A stretch of 38,174 nt of DNA from Parasitella parasitica NRRL 2501 (Eukaryota; Fungi; Mucoromycota): assembly GCA_025201805.1 (NCBI GenBank), contig MU619340.1:70570-108743 (forward strand). The letters are read 5' to 3'. How positions within the stretch are numbered: position 1 is the first letter of the stretch; every line of letters begins with the position of its first letter. The notes under the pieces were generated by a model, which was not told the DNA's origin, ran no database searches, and saw only the letters and a program-made list of their open reading frames with translations. Made by a program: the position numbers and the translations under genes. Of the stretch, positions 23,184 to 34,970 are shown one piece after another.

Positions 23184-23725
23184 ATGAGGTATTTTGAATA
23201 GATTAAGCACCGAGAATAGCTTCTAAATTAACTTTATAGCTCCTCTACTTCCAAAAACAATGGATATATATTCGAGCAGCAGAATGATGTCAGGTTAGAT
23301 GATCTTAGTTCCAAGATAAACGCTATAAAGAATGTAAAGTTGCTACAGCCGACTATAATCCAAGAAATTATAATTGAAACGTATTTAATATAGATTACTA
23401 TTGACATTCATCAAGATGTTACAGACCAAGATAGGCTTTTAGACGAGTCGGTAAGTGTTTTGGAAATACATTACATAAAAATCTAACCAATCTTAAATAG
23501 CATAATCAGTTTACTGGACTCGGCAGTAGTCTCACAAACTCATTTGGCAGAATGAACCGCATGATATCAAAGCGTCATCAAAGACAGCTTTGTTTTTATG
23601 TTTCGATTTTGGTGTTTGCATTTTTTCTCATTTACTATGGGTCGCCGCTTGTCAAAGGCCTATTTTCTAGCAATGATGAGATCCCAGATGATACCCATAC
23701 AAAACCAAATATTGGAGATATGTAG
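23184..23725 (+). CDS. BET1: BET1-like Qc-SNARE (4 exons; missed by the ORF track)
   Basis: Spliced product MSSSTSKNNGYIFEQQNDVRLDDLSSKINAIKN|ITIDIHQDVTDQDRLLDES|HNQFTGLGSSLTNSFGRMNRM...LCFYVSILVFAFFLIYY (SNARE motif plus C-terminal TM). All introns GT-AG; stop at 23723-23725. Confidence 0.85.
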
Positions 23726-25640
23726 ATACTGTGAACACAATAAAACTAGCTTGAAAATAATAACGACATGATATCTGGTTTTCTGCTATTTGAATTTATT
23801 CAATCAATTCTAGATGATTACTGAGAGGAATGCTACTGATAGTGAGACAATTACCGATTTCAAATGGCAACAGAAAAGGCTGATTCATCAATATCACAGA
23901 TGTTGAAAGTATAACAAATAGGTAGCTCCGTTAACATTACATTCCTTAATCCATTGAATTCCTGCAAATGGCTTTATGTTATTTTTGATCTTTGCTTTCT
24001 GTATATGCATATGCAGCCGAGAAGCATATCTAATCACATAATACAATTGGCACAATTTTCGTTCATTCAAACCATTTATAGATATTCCAAATTATTTTAT
24101 AGTTGACATGCTAATTTCAATTTGGCTATTTGATTGTTTGATCAAGTTGTGTGTTAACTTTTTGGACTTCATTGTGTATAAATCAAGTTCATCGTCAGGT
24201 TGTTGTACTCTTAAAAAGATAAATCGAACCACCATACCATCATGTATTAGGTCATTAAGGTAAAAAAATTTACTGCATACGCACTTTACATATATACCGA
24301 GACTGAATTCATGTTCATAATGCCGCCAGAGTCAACCTACATGTGCCTAGCATACAAAATTAAAATTTTAATTCTTAATACATGGCATAAAATTAAAAGA
24401 AGGGGTTGCGTATGTTGATTATACAAAAAAAAAAAAAAAAAAAGCTTTTACGATACCAACGCTACAGTACATATATTTTTGATGCACGTGGTAACAGTTA
24501 ACCTTCAAGAATAAGGTGAACTAAACATGCAGAGACTGTATATCGCATGATAATCTAAATAGATGACGTTCGAATAGTGGCTTTACATGTGGTTGTTACA
24601 CCCTTTTGACAAGCGATACTAGAAGCTCTAAAGGATGCACCAAATACAGACAGTAATAATAGTGCATTTTTAGACTTGTAAAAACAAGCCTATATGTTGG
24701 ATTCATAATCTTCAGGTATTTTTTAATTGGGTTACACATGCACATTCATGTAATACAGCTTGTATATATACAATAATTCCCATTTTCTTTGGCATTTGTT
24801 TTGATTGAAAAGAAAAAGGAGTTAATCTAATCCAATTCTTTATCGTCAGCGTATAATTTTTTTTTTTTTTTTTTTTTNNNNNNNNNNGCATCATTGTCTC
24901 ATCAATATCAGTTGATAAACCATTCAAAATATTAGAGCACATACTAAGGAAGGTCAAGAGACTTGTTATACATTCAGTACAATGGGGGTATAACAGGTTT
25001 ATCAATACTATTACACTTGCTTCAATGCTCATATGCCTTATTTCTCTCAATTCATAATTTTAAGAAGTGAATGATTTAAACAGAATTGTCTCTGGCGTAA
25101 ACTTTATACATGTGAGCACCAAGATGCATCTAAAGTAATAAATACTATGTATGCAAACTAAATTTTAATATTTTTCCAACTGGTTAGAAGCAAGTGTTGT
25201 GAGATAGTAATATGTGATATATGAACAATTTAGTTGTTTAAAGCGGAGAGCACGATTTTGTACCACCTTCGCAGCTATTTCATCCTTTCTTTTTTCTTTC
25301 TGATCACTCATCTCGTTTCTTTCTTTTTTTGTTATTTGTTATTGAGATACACTTAATGCTTCTTTGATAAAACCATTTAAAAGAGCAATTCAATCTACCA
25401 ATACGTTATATTCCCATATAATTCTTCTTTTTTTTTTTTTTTTGTATATAACTCATCCAATCTCAACATACCTCAATTTCTCTCCTTTTTGCTGTAAATC
25501 CTCTTTTTTCGTTTGAAAAAAAAAGAAAAACCATCACAACCCATATTTTCTTCTTTCTCTCCCTTCTTCTTTGCTACTTAACACTTGAATAAATCACACA
25601 AAAAAATCACATAAACCATCAAAAAAAAACAAAAAAAAAA

Positions 25641-27648
25641 ATGGCGACGACAATCCAACATAACCCAGCTCTTTTGCAACAGCAACAGCAGCATCAGCAG
25701 CAGCAACCACAACAGCCTCAACAGCAGAACCACCCAGTGGAAGATGAAGACGTGGCTTTAGCAAATTACATATCAACATCCCTAAGGTTCGACCAGGTAA
25801 TGAATATCAAAAATAACTCCTTTTATTTTTCTCCTCTTTTTTTTCCATCTCTACCTTGTCTCCTCACTTTTATTTGTTTGAAAGTATCCCCAACCCTTAT
25901 TACCACTCGATCTTTTTTCGCGCCTTATTCAAAAACTGGTTGCACAATAACTATTTTTGGTTATTAGGTTATTTATAAATTTTATGCACTTTTATATTTT
26001 ATTTTGCTTTAATTGGTTACCATCTCTTTCTCCCTCTTAATTTTACTAAGCTTAAAACTAATTATAAAAACGTGTTTTTTTTCATGTAGAATTCGCAAGA
26101 GTTTTGGAGCTATTCTCAATCGCAGCAAATGGCTATGACACAAGCAAATCCAATGTATTATAATACAAACTATTTTCAATCACAATCAGCGCAGCAACAA
26201 CAGCAACAGCAACAGCAACCACGAGCACATAGAACACGCCCCAGAGTAACAAGCAACTCTGCTCAAGTTTCCAATGGTATTAAAAGTAGTCTTACCCAAA
26301 CACAAAAATCTACATCGACCTCAATTGCGTCAAATGCAAATTCTAGCTTGAGATCAAATGGAAAAAGATCATCGACCAAGCCGATTGCAGTATCACAATC
26401 GCCGAAATATAACCCTACTTTATCGCCAGTACCATTATCTTCCTCGCCAACCCCAACTGATCTATCATCTTCGAACAGACGTCGTAGCGTAAATAGTACA
26501 AGGGCATTGCAGCAGCAATCACCACAGATCAAACCACAATCTCAGGAACGCAGACTTTCAGTAACAGGATCCATTATTTCTACTTCCGCTGAGTCTCTTG
26601 GAGCAGATACGAAATTGTCATTGTCAAAAAGGCTTCGAAAAGTATTCAGCATGAATAATCTTAGATCGTCTTCCGATTCAACTGGTGACTTGGCGTCCTT
26701 GGCTGATAGAAATGCATCTAATTCATCAATCACATCGTCCTCTTCGATAGTAGTTGGGTCACCTTTATCTCAATCGTCCTTGGATAGTAGAAATCCAATT
26801 TCACTTCGACGTAGATCAATCGCTTCATTATCGAATTTGTTTCAAAGAGGCTCGTCTGTTTCTGATCTAGATTCTCCCAAGAAACCGCAGCCAGCACCAC
26901 AGCAATCAATATCAACAAACAATAGCGCTGCGAGACGTCATTCTTCAGGGGATTTACGCCAATTGGTGAAGCAGGAAAAGACGAAACCTCAGTTGAGAGT
27001 TGATACTGATAGCAATGACATTGCTACCTCTCATACAAGAAAGGGTGGATTGAAAGGTATGATGAAATAGAGGCTGGATTGGACACTTCTGTTCTAACAC
27101 TCTTCCTAGTGCGCTCTTCGACATCAACAGGTAATAATAACGTTACCCCTGATTCGCCCAATTCCGCAATTTCATCACGTTCTTCATTTACTCGTTTACC
27201 ACCTCCTGCTACTACTAATAACAACAACAATGCTCCAACGCAACATCAACCTCAAAGAAATTTCATTCATTTACCAGAACCTGGATTACCATCTCCAACT
27301 CTTTCCAGCACCTCCTCCATTAAACACAACGAAGAAGAGTATATTAAACCTGCGATTGGTTTGCATTATGGTATTGGTTTGCACGGTTCTCCCAAATTAA
27401 AACCTGCCTCTTCATCAACGAGTTCTCTTGTAGCTACATCTGGACGAAGAATTCAATTTTGTAGTACAATTCAAGTACATGAAACATTTTCAGCCGCTGA
27501 CTACGATCGTCGTTGCGATAATAACGCTACTTGTCAGAAATTAACCCCTTTGGTGGCCATGAAAATCAAACAAGAACTAAATGAATACAAACTGACTGAT
27601 ATGGAAGTCCATGTTGAAAGCAGACAATACACTCATTTCTTTTTATAA
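25641..27648 (+). CDS. BNI4-like Ser/Gln-rich protein with C-terminal PP1-binding domain
   Basis: Three exons. The C-terminus RRIQFCSTIQVHETFSAADYDRR...KIKQELNEYKLTDMEVHVESRQYTHFF resembles the Bni4/Phactr PP1-binding tail with an RVxF-like RIQF. Confidence 0.8.
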
Positions 27649-27811
27649 CGCCGTTCAAACGAAACATAAGCACAAAACCTCTCATTCTAAAAAGTCACAA
27701 TAAATCATCACAAAACCAGGCCCTCCCCACACACACTTTTTTTTTTTTTTTTTTTTTTTTTTCCTATACACTTTGTCTTTCTCTCTCCTAATAAAAAGGT
27801 TCAAACAAAAA

Positions 27812-29129
27812 ATGTTGGCAGGCTTATCGAGACGATCTCTTCAGTTAGCTCGAGGCTCTTTAGGTTTAAATGTAATTATTGCTGTATAATTATTCCTTGA
27901 TTGTGCCCGATGCAATTCATTAATACCCCCATGTAAATTTTGTAGGTGGCACGTCAAGCTTCAACAAATGCTAGTAAGCATACCGCCTACGAAGAAGCCC
28001 TTAAATTGATTCAAATCGATAAGAAAGAGAGACTTAACATGTTGGACCGCTTGGAAAAAGAGATTGCGAGAGTAGCTAATAGTAAATTCGTTGACGCTCT
28101 TTATCCATGTTACCCTGGTTGACAGTATAATTTCTATCTCCTGTATTATAGACGCTACACCTGCTCAAATCAAAGCACTCAACACATTAAAGTTTGACTT
28201 GCAAGTTAAATCAGAACTAAACGAACCTCAAGTGCAAAAGAACTTTAAGCTTGGACAAAGTATATGAAAGACAACAACAATTGTCCACTGCGATGACACT
28301 AATTTTTGCTGTAATGACTGTATAGTTGATATGGAAAAGCCTGTTTACCGCTACATGCGTCAAAAACAATTTGAAAAGGCCCCCAAAAGAAAATTAATGG
28401 AGCGTTTGACTCAAATGAATGTCATTCCCGATGTTTTAGCACCTGGATTAGAACCTACAGTCCAAGTAGCTGTCAAATTAAATCAAGACCAAGTTGAGCC
28501 TGGTGTATATTTGAAGCCAGAACAGGTAATAAATCCTTGTTTGTCAAGTGTCTTACAATGGAAACCTCATCCTTTTAAAATAGTGCATAGAATGCCCTGA
28601 GATTGAGGTTACAAATTTTCATCCTGAATCTAGATTGTACACGTTAATGTTAGTTGATCCAGACTCGCCCGATGTATCTAATCAAACATACCAGCAGCAT
28701 TGTCATTGGTTATTGTAAGTTTCTTCAAGTGGAAATGTTGGAATGTACGCTCATACAGTTTTTCTTGACAGATCAAATGTCTCTTTATCAGCTGCGTCAC
28801 CTATCGTCAAAGGCGGTGATTCTGTTTTGGATTACGTTCCTCCTCATCCTCAAAAAGGTACCAAATACCATCGTTATACTGTAATTGCATATGAGCAGCC
28901 CAATGCAGGCCAGGATAAGGTTGACATCAAGGTGGAAGGTAGAGATCACTTTGATGCGAAGGAATTGGCAAATGCCCATGGCTTAAAGCCGACTGGTGCA
29001 ACCTTTTTCCGTCAAGAGTGGGATGATAGTGTCAGTAAGATTTATAGTGAGATTCTTAAACAAAATGAACCTATCTATGGCAAACCACCCAAGGAAAAAC
29101 GGTATATTCAAAGAGCAGTGTATTATTAG
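27812..29129 (+). CDS. MRPL35: Mitochondrial ribosomal protein mL38 (MrpL35), PEBP domain
   Basis: Presequence MLAGLSRRSLQLARG; MERLTQMNVIPDVL; LVDPDSPDVSNQTYQQHCHWL; YVPPHPQKGTKYHRY (PEBP fold); multi-exon. Confidence 0.85.
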
Positions 29130-29150
29130 TTTATANNNNNNNNNNNNNNN

Positions 29151-29183
<33 letters not shown>

Positions 29184-29290
29184 AATGCATCCACAAATAA
29201 ATGAGAGGAATCGCCATTTAGAAAATAGAAAATAAAAGAAATCTTTGACCCCTTGTCTTATTGAACGTATTTTCCATCTCACCATTTACT

Positions 29291-30014
29291 ATGCTTATCG
29301 CAGCTTCTGTAAAAAGAAGCATCAATATCAATAGCCTAATACTCAGAGCTTCTCAGCAAAGATTAAGTCATACTTTTGCCGTAGATGATTTGATTCATAA
29401 AGTTGACTTCAGAGTTGGAAAAATCGTGCAGATCGAGCAACACCCTGCAGCAACTCATTTATTTATTGAGCAAGGTATATAGTTTCTACCAATAGTAAAA
29501 GTTTTCCATCATTCACCAGCCAACATACACAGTTGATTTAAACACGGGGCCAGCAGGAGAAATTTCAAATCCTCGCACCATCGTTAGTGGGCTTGCTCCC
29601 TTCATGTCAATGGAATCACTTTTGGTACAATCGAGATGGCACAAAAAGAGTATATTTGCTAACATTTGTAATCTTTAGAATAGACATGTGATTGTTGTCT
29701 GTAATTTAAAGCCTAGCAAGTTTAGAGGTGTCTTATCTCAAGGTATGCTGCTTGCTGCTTCCTCTGCTGATCAAAAATCTGTACAGTTACTTTCGCCATC
29801 TGAAAACAGCATTATCGGCGAGAGAGTTGCGTTGGAAGGTATAGATTGGCAGGGCGAAGCAGATCCTGTGTTAAAGCCCAAACAAAAAGTCTTTGAGCAA
29901 GTCGCACATTATTTGAAAACTGACAAAAATGGCATAGCCTCTTATAAAGGGATTACATTAAAGACATCTGGTGGCTCTATTGTCTGTGGACTAGCAGATG
30001 CTCAAATTTCTTGA
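29291..30014 (+). CDS. Stand-alone tRNA-binding OB-fold protein (EMAP II/Arc1p/Trbp111-like)
   Basis: VDFRVGKIVQIEQHPAATHLFIEQ|VDL..PRTIVSGLAPF|..VIVVCNLKPSKFRGVLSQGMLLAAS..LKPKQKVFEQV; three exons. Confidence 0.85.
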
Positions 30015-31048
30015 TATATATACAATATTTCAATTAGTATTTTCCTGGTGGCAATCATAGCTTGTCTATTAAATACAGAATATACATAATTTACGCTTTA
30101 TTTACTAAGGAGGTGGTCAATGGTGGGACGATTTTTACACGATATCACTTCTATATTCAAAATGCCAAGATAGTAGTCTTGAAAAAAAAAAAAAAACAAC
30201 ATGAGCCTTGTTACTACTAGGCAATACATTTTCTTTCATTCGTTTTAAATATAATAATTTGGATTAGGCTTTATAAAACGCATAGTAGTCTTTTATAGCC
30301 GAGATTGATGGGGTGAGACTAATGCTATACTATCTTTTTTTTTAATTCTTCCATTCTATACCACATACTCCTTAAAATGATTAGACACTAGCTATGCAAA
30401 CTCAAGTCTTAAAGAAAGAAAGAATTGCTGCTTGAATAAAAAGTTTTAGAGTTAGTGTTAATTTTCGATCAGAAAATCAACTGCCTTTCTGGTTAATGTT
30501 GGCATCTGCATCAAAATAAAGCTGCTTAGCAGATCATTTAAGAATTACAGCAAAATGGTTCCCCGAAGAGAGTATGTAGTTTTACTCGCTGCTTTGCAAT
30601 TTTGCGATTTTTACAAAAGAGATTTAAAAAAAGCATCATTGTATACCACCCATGAAGAAGGGAGACTTACAGTAAAAGACTCATTCAAATTTTGTTGTTA
30701 TGAACAAAATCCACATTTTGGTGCCAGGTCTTGCGTATAGAGCCTGATTGTTGACATGTTAAAAAAAGACAATAACAGAAAATAATGAAAGACTATCCTT
30801 AATTACAATTTGTTTAGAATAACAAAAGATAGACAGAAAAATACAATTAGAACTGAATATATTTATTTTGCTAAACCAAGATTGAAAATGAAGATTTAAA
30901 CTAACGTATGTTTTGAAGGTATTTATAGTTGTGGAATCGGTATAAATTGTTATATGGATTCACGGAAAAAAATTATAATAAAAAAACAGTAAAGTCAACT
31001 TAATAAGGTTTAGGTTTTATTATCAAATCGACAGGTGTATAAAGCTCT

Positions 31049-31077
31049 GGTTCATCTACTGGCCAGGTAGATGAACC
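31049..31077. repeat. Perfect 11-bp inverted repeat (hairpin)
   Basis: ggttcatctac-tggccag-gtagatgaacc; the stem can extend via tataaa(31038-31043)/tttata(31078-31083). Confidence 0.85.
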
Positions 31078-32807
31078 TTTATATACTTAAACTGTGGATA
31101 AATGTTCTATTCTCGCAATTTAACATGTACGACAATACTGCGTAACTAGCATCTTAACTTTGTGCTAACCTACATATCAGCAGACTCAAGATAACTTGAA
31201 TATATTTGAGTCAGGAGATAGACTTTACCCGAGGTAGTACCCTGATCAATCTTCTATGCGAAGATTATTAATATCGATCCATAAGCGTATATCATTCCTT
31301 GTATAGTCTTATCCAGTCTATATTAATAGTACAAGTCTGAGTGTATATCACTTGGTATTCATCTTAGCATATATCGGTATATGTAGCATGTCTATAGCTT
31401 GTCATAAGCATATCTATAGCATTGCACATATTGTACAAGTCTGTAGTACATGATGTATCTGTAGCTAGTATNNNNNNNNNNNNNNNNNNNNNNNNNNNNN
31501 NNNNNNNNNNNNNNNNNNNNNNNNNNNNNNNNNNNNNNNNNNNNNNNNNNNNNNNNNNNNNNNNNNNNNNNNNNNNNNNNNNNNNNNNNNNNNNNNNNNN
31601 NNNNNNNNNNNNNNNNNNNNNNNNNNNNNNNNNNNNNNNNNNNNNNNNNNNNNNNNNNNNNNNNNNNNNNNNNNNNNNNNNNNNNNNNNNNNNNNNNNNN
31701 NNNNNNNNNNNNNNNNNNNNNNNNNNNNNNNNNNNNNNNNNNNNNNNNNNNNNNNNNNNNNNNNNNNNNNNNNNNNNNNNNNNNNNNNNNNNNNNNNNNN
31801 NNNNNNNNNNNNNNNNNNNNNNNNNNNNNNNNNNNNNNNNNNNNNNNNNNNNNNNNNNNNNNNNNNNNNNNNNNNNNNNNNNNNNNNNNNNNNNNNNNNN
31901 NNNNNNNNNNNNNNNNNNNNNNNNNNNNNNNNNNNNNNNNNNNNNNNNNNNNNNNNNNNNNNNNNNNNNNNNNNNNNNNNNNNNNNNNNNNNNNNNNNNN
32001 NNNNNNNNNNNNNNNNNNNNNNNNNNNNNNNNNNNNNNNNNNNNNNNNNNNNNNNNNNNNNNNNNNNNNNNNNNNNNNNNNNNNNNNNNNNNNNNNNNNN
32101 NNNNNNNNNNNNNNNNNNNNNNNNNNNNNNNNNNNNNNNNNNNNNNNNNNNNNNNNNNNNNNNNNNNNNNNNNNNNNNNNNNNNNNNNNNNNNNNNNNNN
32201 NNNNNNNNNNNNNNNNNNNNNNNNNNNNNNNNNNNNNNNNNNNNNNNNNNNNNNNNNNNNNNNNNNNNNNNNNNNNNNNNNNNNNNNNNNNNNNNNNNNN
32301 NNNNNNNNNNNNNNNNNNNNNNNNNNCTATCTAGTAAATAGAAGTATTCAATAGACTGTCTTGTATAAGAAACCATCTATTTGGGTTCTACTTATTCTAA
32401 ATTGCGAAGCTCAACTTATCGATGAATGATTCACATTCATAACGATTAGCTGATTAAATATAGAAATAGGTCTTGCTCTGACTACTACTGTGTTATAATC
32501 TTGTTTGGCAATTAAATGTCAAACATGACCTGATTGTATTTTATACATTGATATAGATAGATTTATTCTAATATAAATAGACAGCTTCTATTGTCAATCA
32601 ATAAATCAATAGTTTTGTATCTGGTAAACTAATTCTTTTTTACATTCTTATATTTTTATATCACATACAATCACCTGCTGTGCTCATTTTCAAGAACTGG
32701 CACAACACCGCCATTCAATGGGACCACTCATATCTCTTTGCCATGTCTGAATAAAGTCATTCCATTCTACTACGCATTTCTACTCATGCTCGCTTTACGA
32801 TGTATTA

Positions 32808-33361
32808 TTTTTTTTTTTAGGGAAATAAGGGTTTTATTTCATTGTTTAAAGTCCTTCAAACGTACCAAAAAGGAAGAGGAGAGAAAGACTGAGATCGGAG
32901 GTTGAGGGAGCGTAGGTGATAATATCAGGTGTAAAATGTGTTTGGGGAAAGAGGAATGAAACTATTGAATATATTGATGATTGATAAGAAACCTATCTCT
33001 TAATGTCTCGAAAGGCACAAGAATTCCCATTGTCTCGAAAGACGTAGGAGGTTCGCGGGATCAGTCGTTCCAGGTCAACACACCTGGACCATATCACAAA
33101 GGCCTATGGGTCACCACTCCCACTTCTTCAGGACAGGCACCAAAAACAGGGAAACAATAAAGTCATAATGCCTACACCGCGCAGCAGATTACATCGGATA
33201 TCACATGGTTAGGATGTTACAGGATTCAAAGGTTCGCGTCAAGGTATAGGAGCAGAGGTAAAGAAGAACCGTTGACCATTTATACGATTGACGAGATCGT
33301 TTTAAAAAATTCAAATCACCATTAGACCAACAAAAAGTGAGGAATAGCGGGAAGAAAGGTG
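32808..33361 (-). mobile_element. Non-coding retroposed insertion (5'-truncated LINE 3' end or SINE-like) with poly(A) tail and TSD
   Basis: T11 tract at 32808-32818 (poly(A) on the minus strand); AATAAA on the minus strand at 32833-32838; flanking direct repeat ttacgatgtattat (32795-32808) / ttatgatgtattat (33362-33375). Confidence 0.7.
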
Positions 33362-33559
33362 TTATGATGTATTATACAGAGTATAATACATTACCGCTAA
33401 GATTTGATCTGTATCCTAAACACAATTGTCTGTCGTACCTATAGCAATCTCAGTGTTATATCAATAACATGGCAAGGTCTTAGATCAGTTCCAGGGTCTT
33501 AGAGTAAATCATGGGCAGTCATGATTTACATTAAGCAGCTAGACAGTAGAACCCTAGTG

Positions 33560-34620
33560 TAATGAAGTGACATTGGATATATCATCGCTATATCCTGATA
33601 GCACGCCAGCATATGAACTCAAGGAGGAATTTAAACAATTTAAAAGACAGGTTGCCAAGTATAACAATGGAACTTGGAACAGACAGGAACAGATCAATAA
33701 AGAACTTATTCCTGAGCCCAAACAATGGAAGATGGACGCCAATCAAGTCGTTAGTAACATTTAAAAATATTCAGAAAATACCAAAGTACAAGCAAGAGAG
33801 CCATTACGGAGATAAATGAACAAATGAATATACCTACAACAAAGAATTCATTTCAATAATACGCCAAACCACTACAGCAGATGTTTTAGTCTCAACAACA
33901 GATTCTTCAAAATTACTCAATACCACAGAATGGGATTCTTCCAGGAGGCTGTCTAGCTTATTTTCTAACACAATTGCCAAAAGATAGTTCAATATCCGTG
34001 GCCACTGAAGATTATCAAAGAAGGTTACCAAATTCAGTTTGCTCAAACAGCAAGTCCTTGGCACTTACCAAGAATAACGACCCCAAGAAGAAAAGAAAAG
34101 AAAAGAGCAAGACGAAATCAACATTTGCAGTAAACAAGTTTCTTACAGCAGGAATAATAGAAGTATGCCACAACCCGCGATCACGAGGTTTCCTGTCTAG
34201 GTTCTCCACATTGCACGAAGTAACGAAGAGACGCCCGATCCTAAATTGCCGCCGAATCAATCGATGTATACAGGTAGAGCATTTCAAGATGGAAGGCGTC
34301 CGCCGGCATTAAGAGATTAGATAGAACCAGGAGACTATAGAGTCTAACTGAATTCGCAGGACGACACGTACACCGTAATACCTATACATCCAGAATCAAG
34401 ACCTTTCTTAGTACTCAAAAACGAAGAAGGCATAATTTAACAATACAAATCGGTAAGTTTGAAATTAAATGTAGTAGCCCCATAAGTTTTCCAAAATACT
34501 GCGTTAAGCCGTCGAACCGTTAAGAAAACCAGGAACCTGTTTGGTGTACTACCTGGACGACATTTATCTGCTAACAAAGGATGCAAAAGGTTTGAAGCAA
34601 ATAGCAAAGACGGAAATGCA
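33560..34620 (+). pseudogene. Degenerate DIRS-like (tyrosine-recombinase) retrotransposon gag/RT remnant
   Basis: Broken frames encode WPLKIIKEGYQIQF, RRPILNCRRINRCIQVEHFKMEGV, YTVIPIHPESRPFL and VYYLDDI (YLDD at 34550-34561). The HFKME-type motif is typical of DIRS RT. Multiple stops and frameshifts. Confidence 0.75.
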
Positions 34621-34970
34621 CCATTTGATCTGCCATAATTATAGACAGGAGTGTTGTGCCAGTGTGATGTATATTTCGGATATTTCAATACAATAAAAAG
34701 AGACTTGTAATAATTCACAGCTTTCAACTGTATCCGAACAATAAAAAAAGTATCTCGTTTATTATGATATAAATACAGGGTATTTTTATATCTTCAATTA
34801 TTTACTACAACTGAGATGGTAGCTGTAATAACCAATAGATTAATGTGATAGTATGTTGTCACTGTTGATGAACGAATAGAAAATACACCGTGTTATCATT
34901 GTCAATTGGTTTGATATGTTTCATTGTTGAGATTGATCCAAGAATATGAACTGATGTAACATATCAAATA

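Noticed and set aside
23890-24320. Coding-like fragments on the minus strand downstream of BET1
   Set aside because: Could not assemble a consistent spliced ORF or recognise a domain.
33095-33135. CTGAAGA on the minus strand followed by a stem (hammerhead-like core)
   Set aside because: No GAAA after the stem and no compatible stem I/III with an NUH cleavage site.
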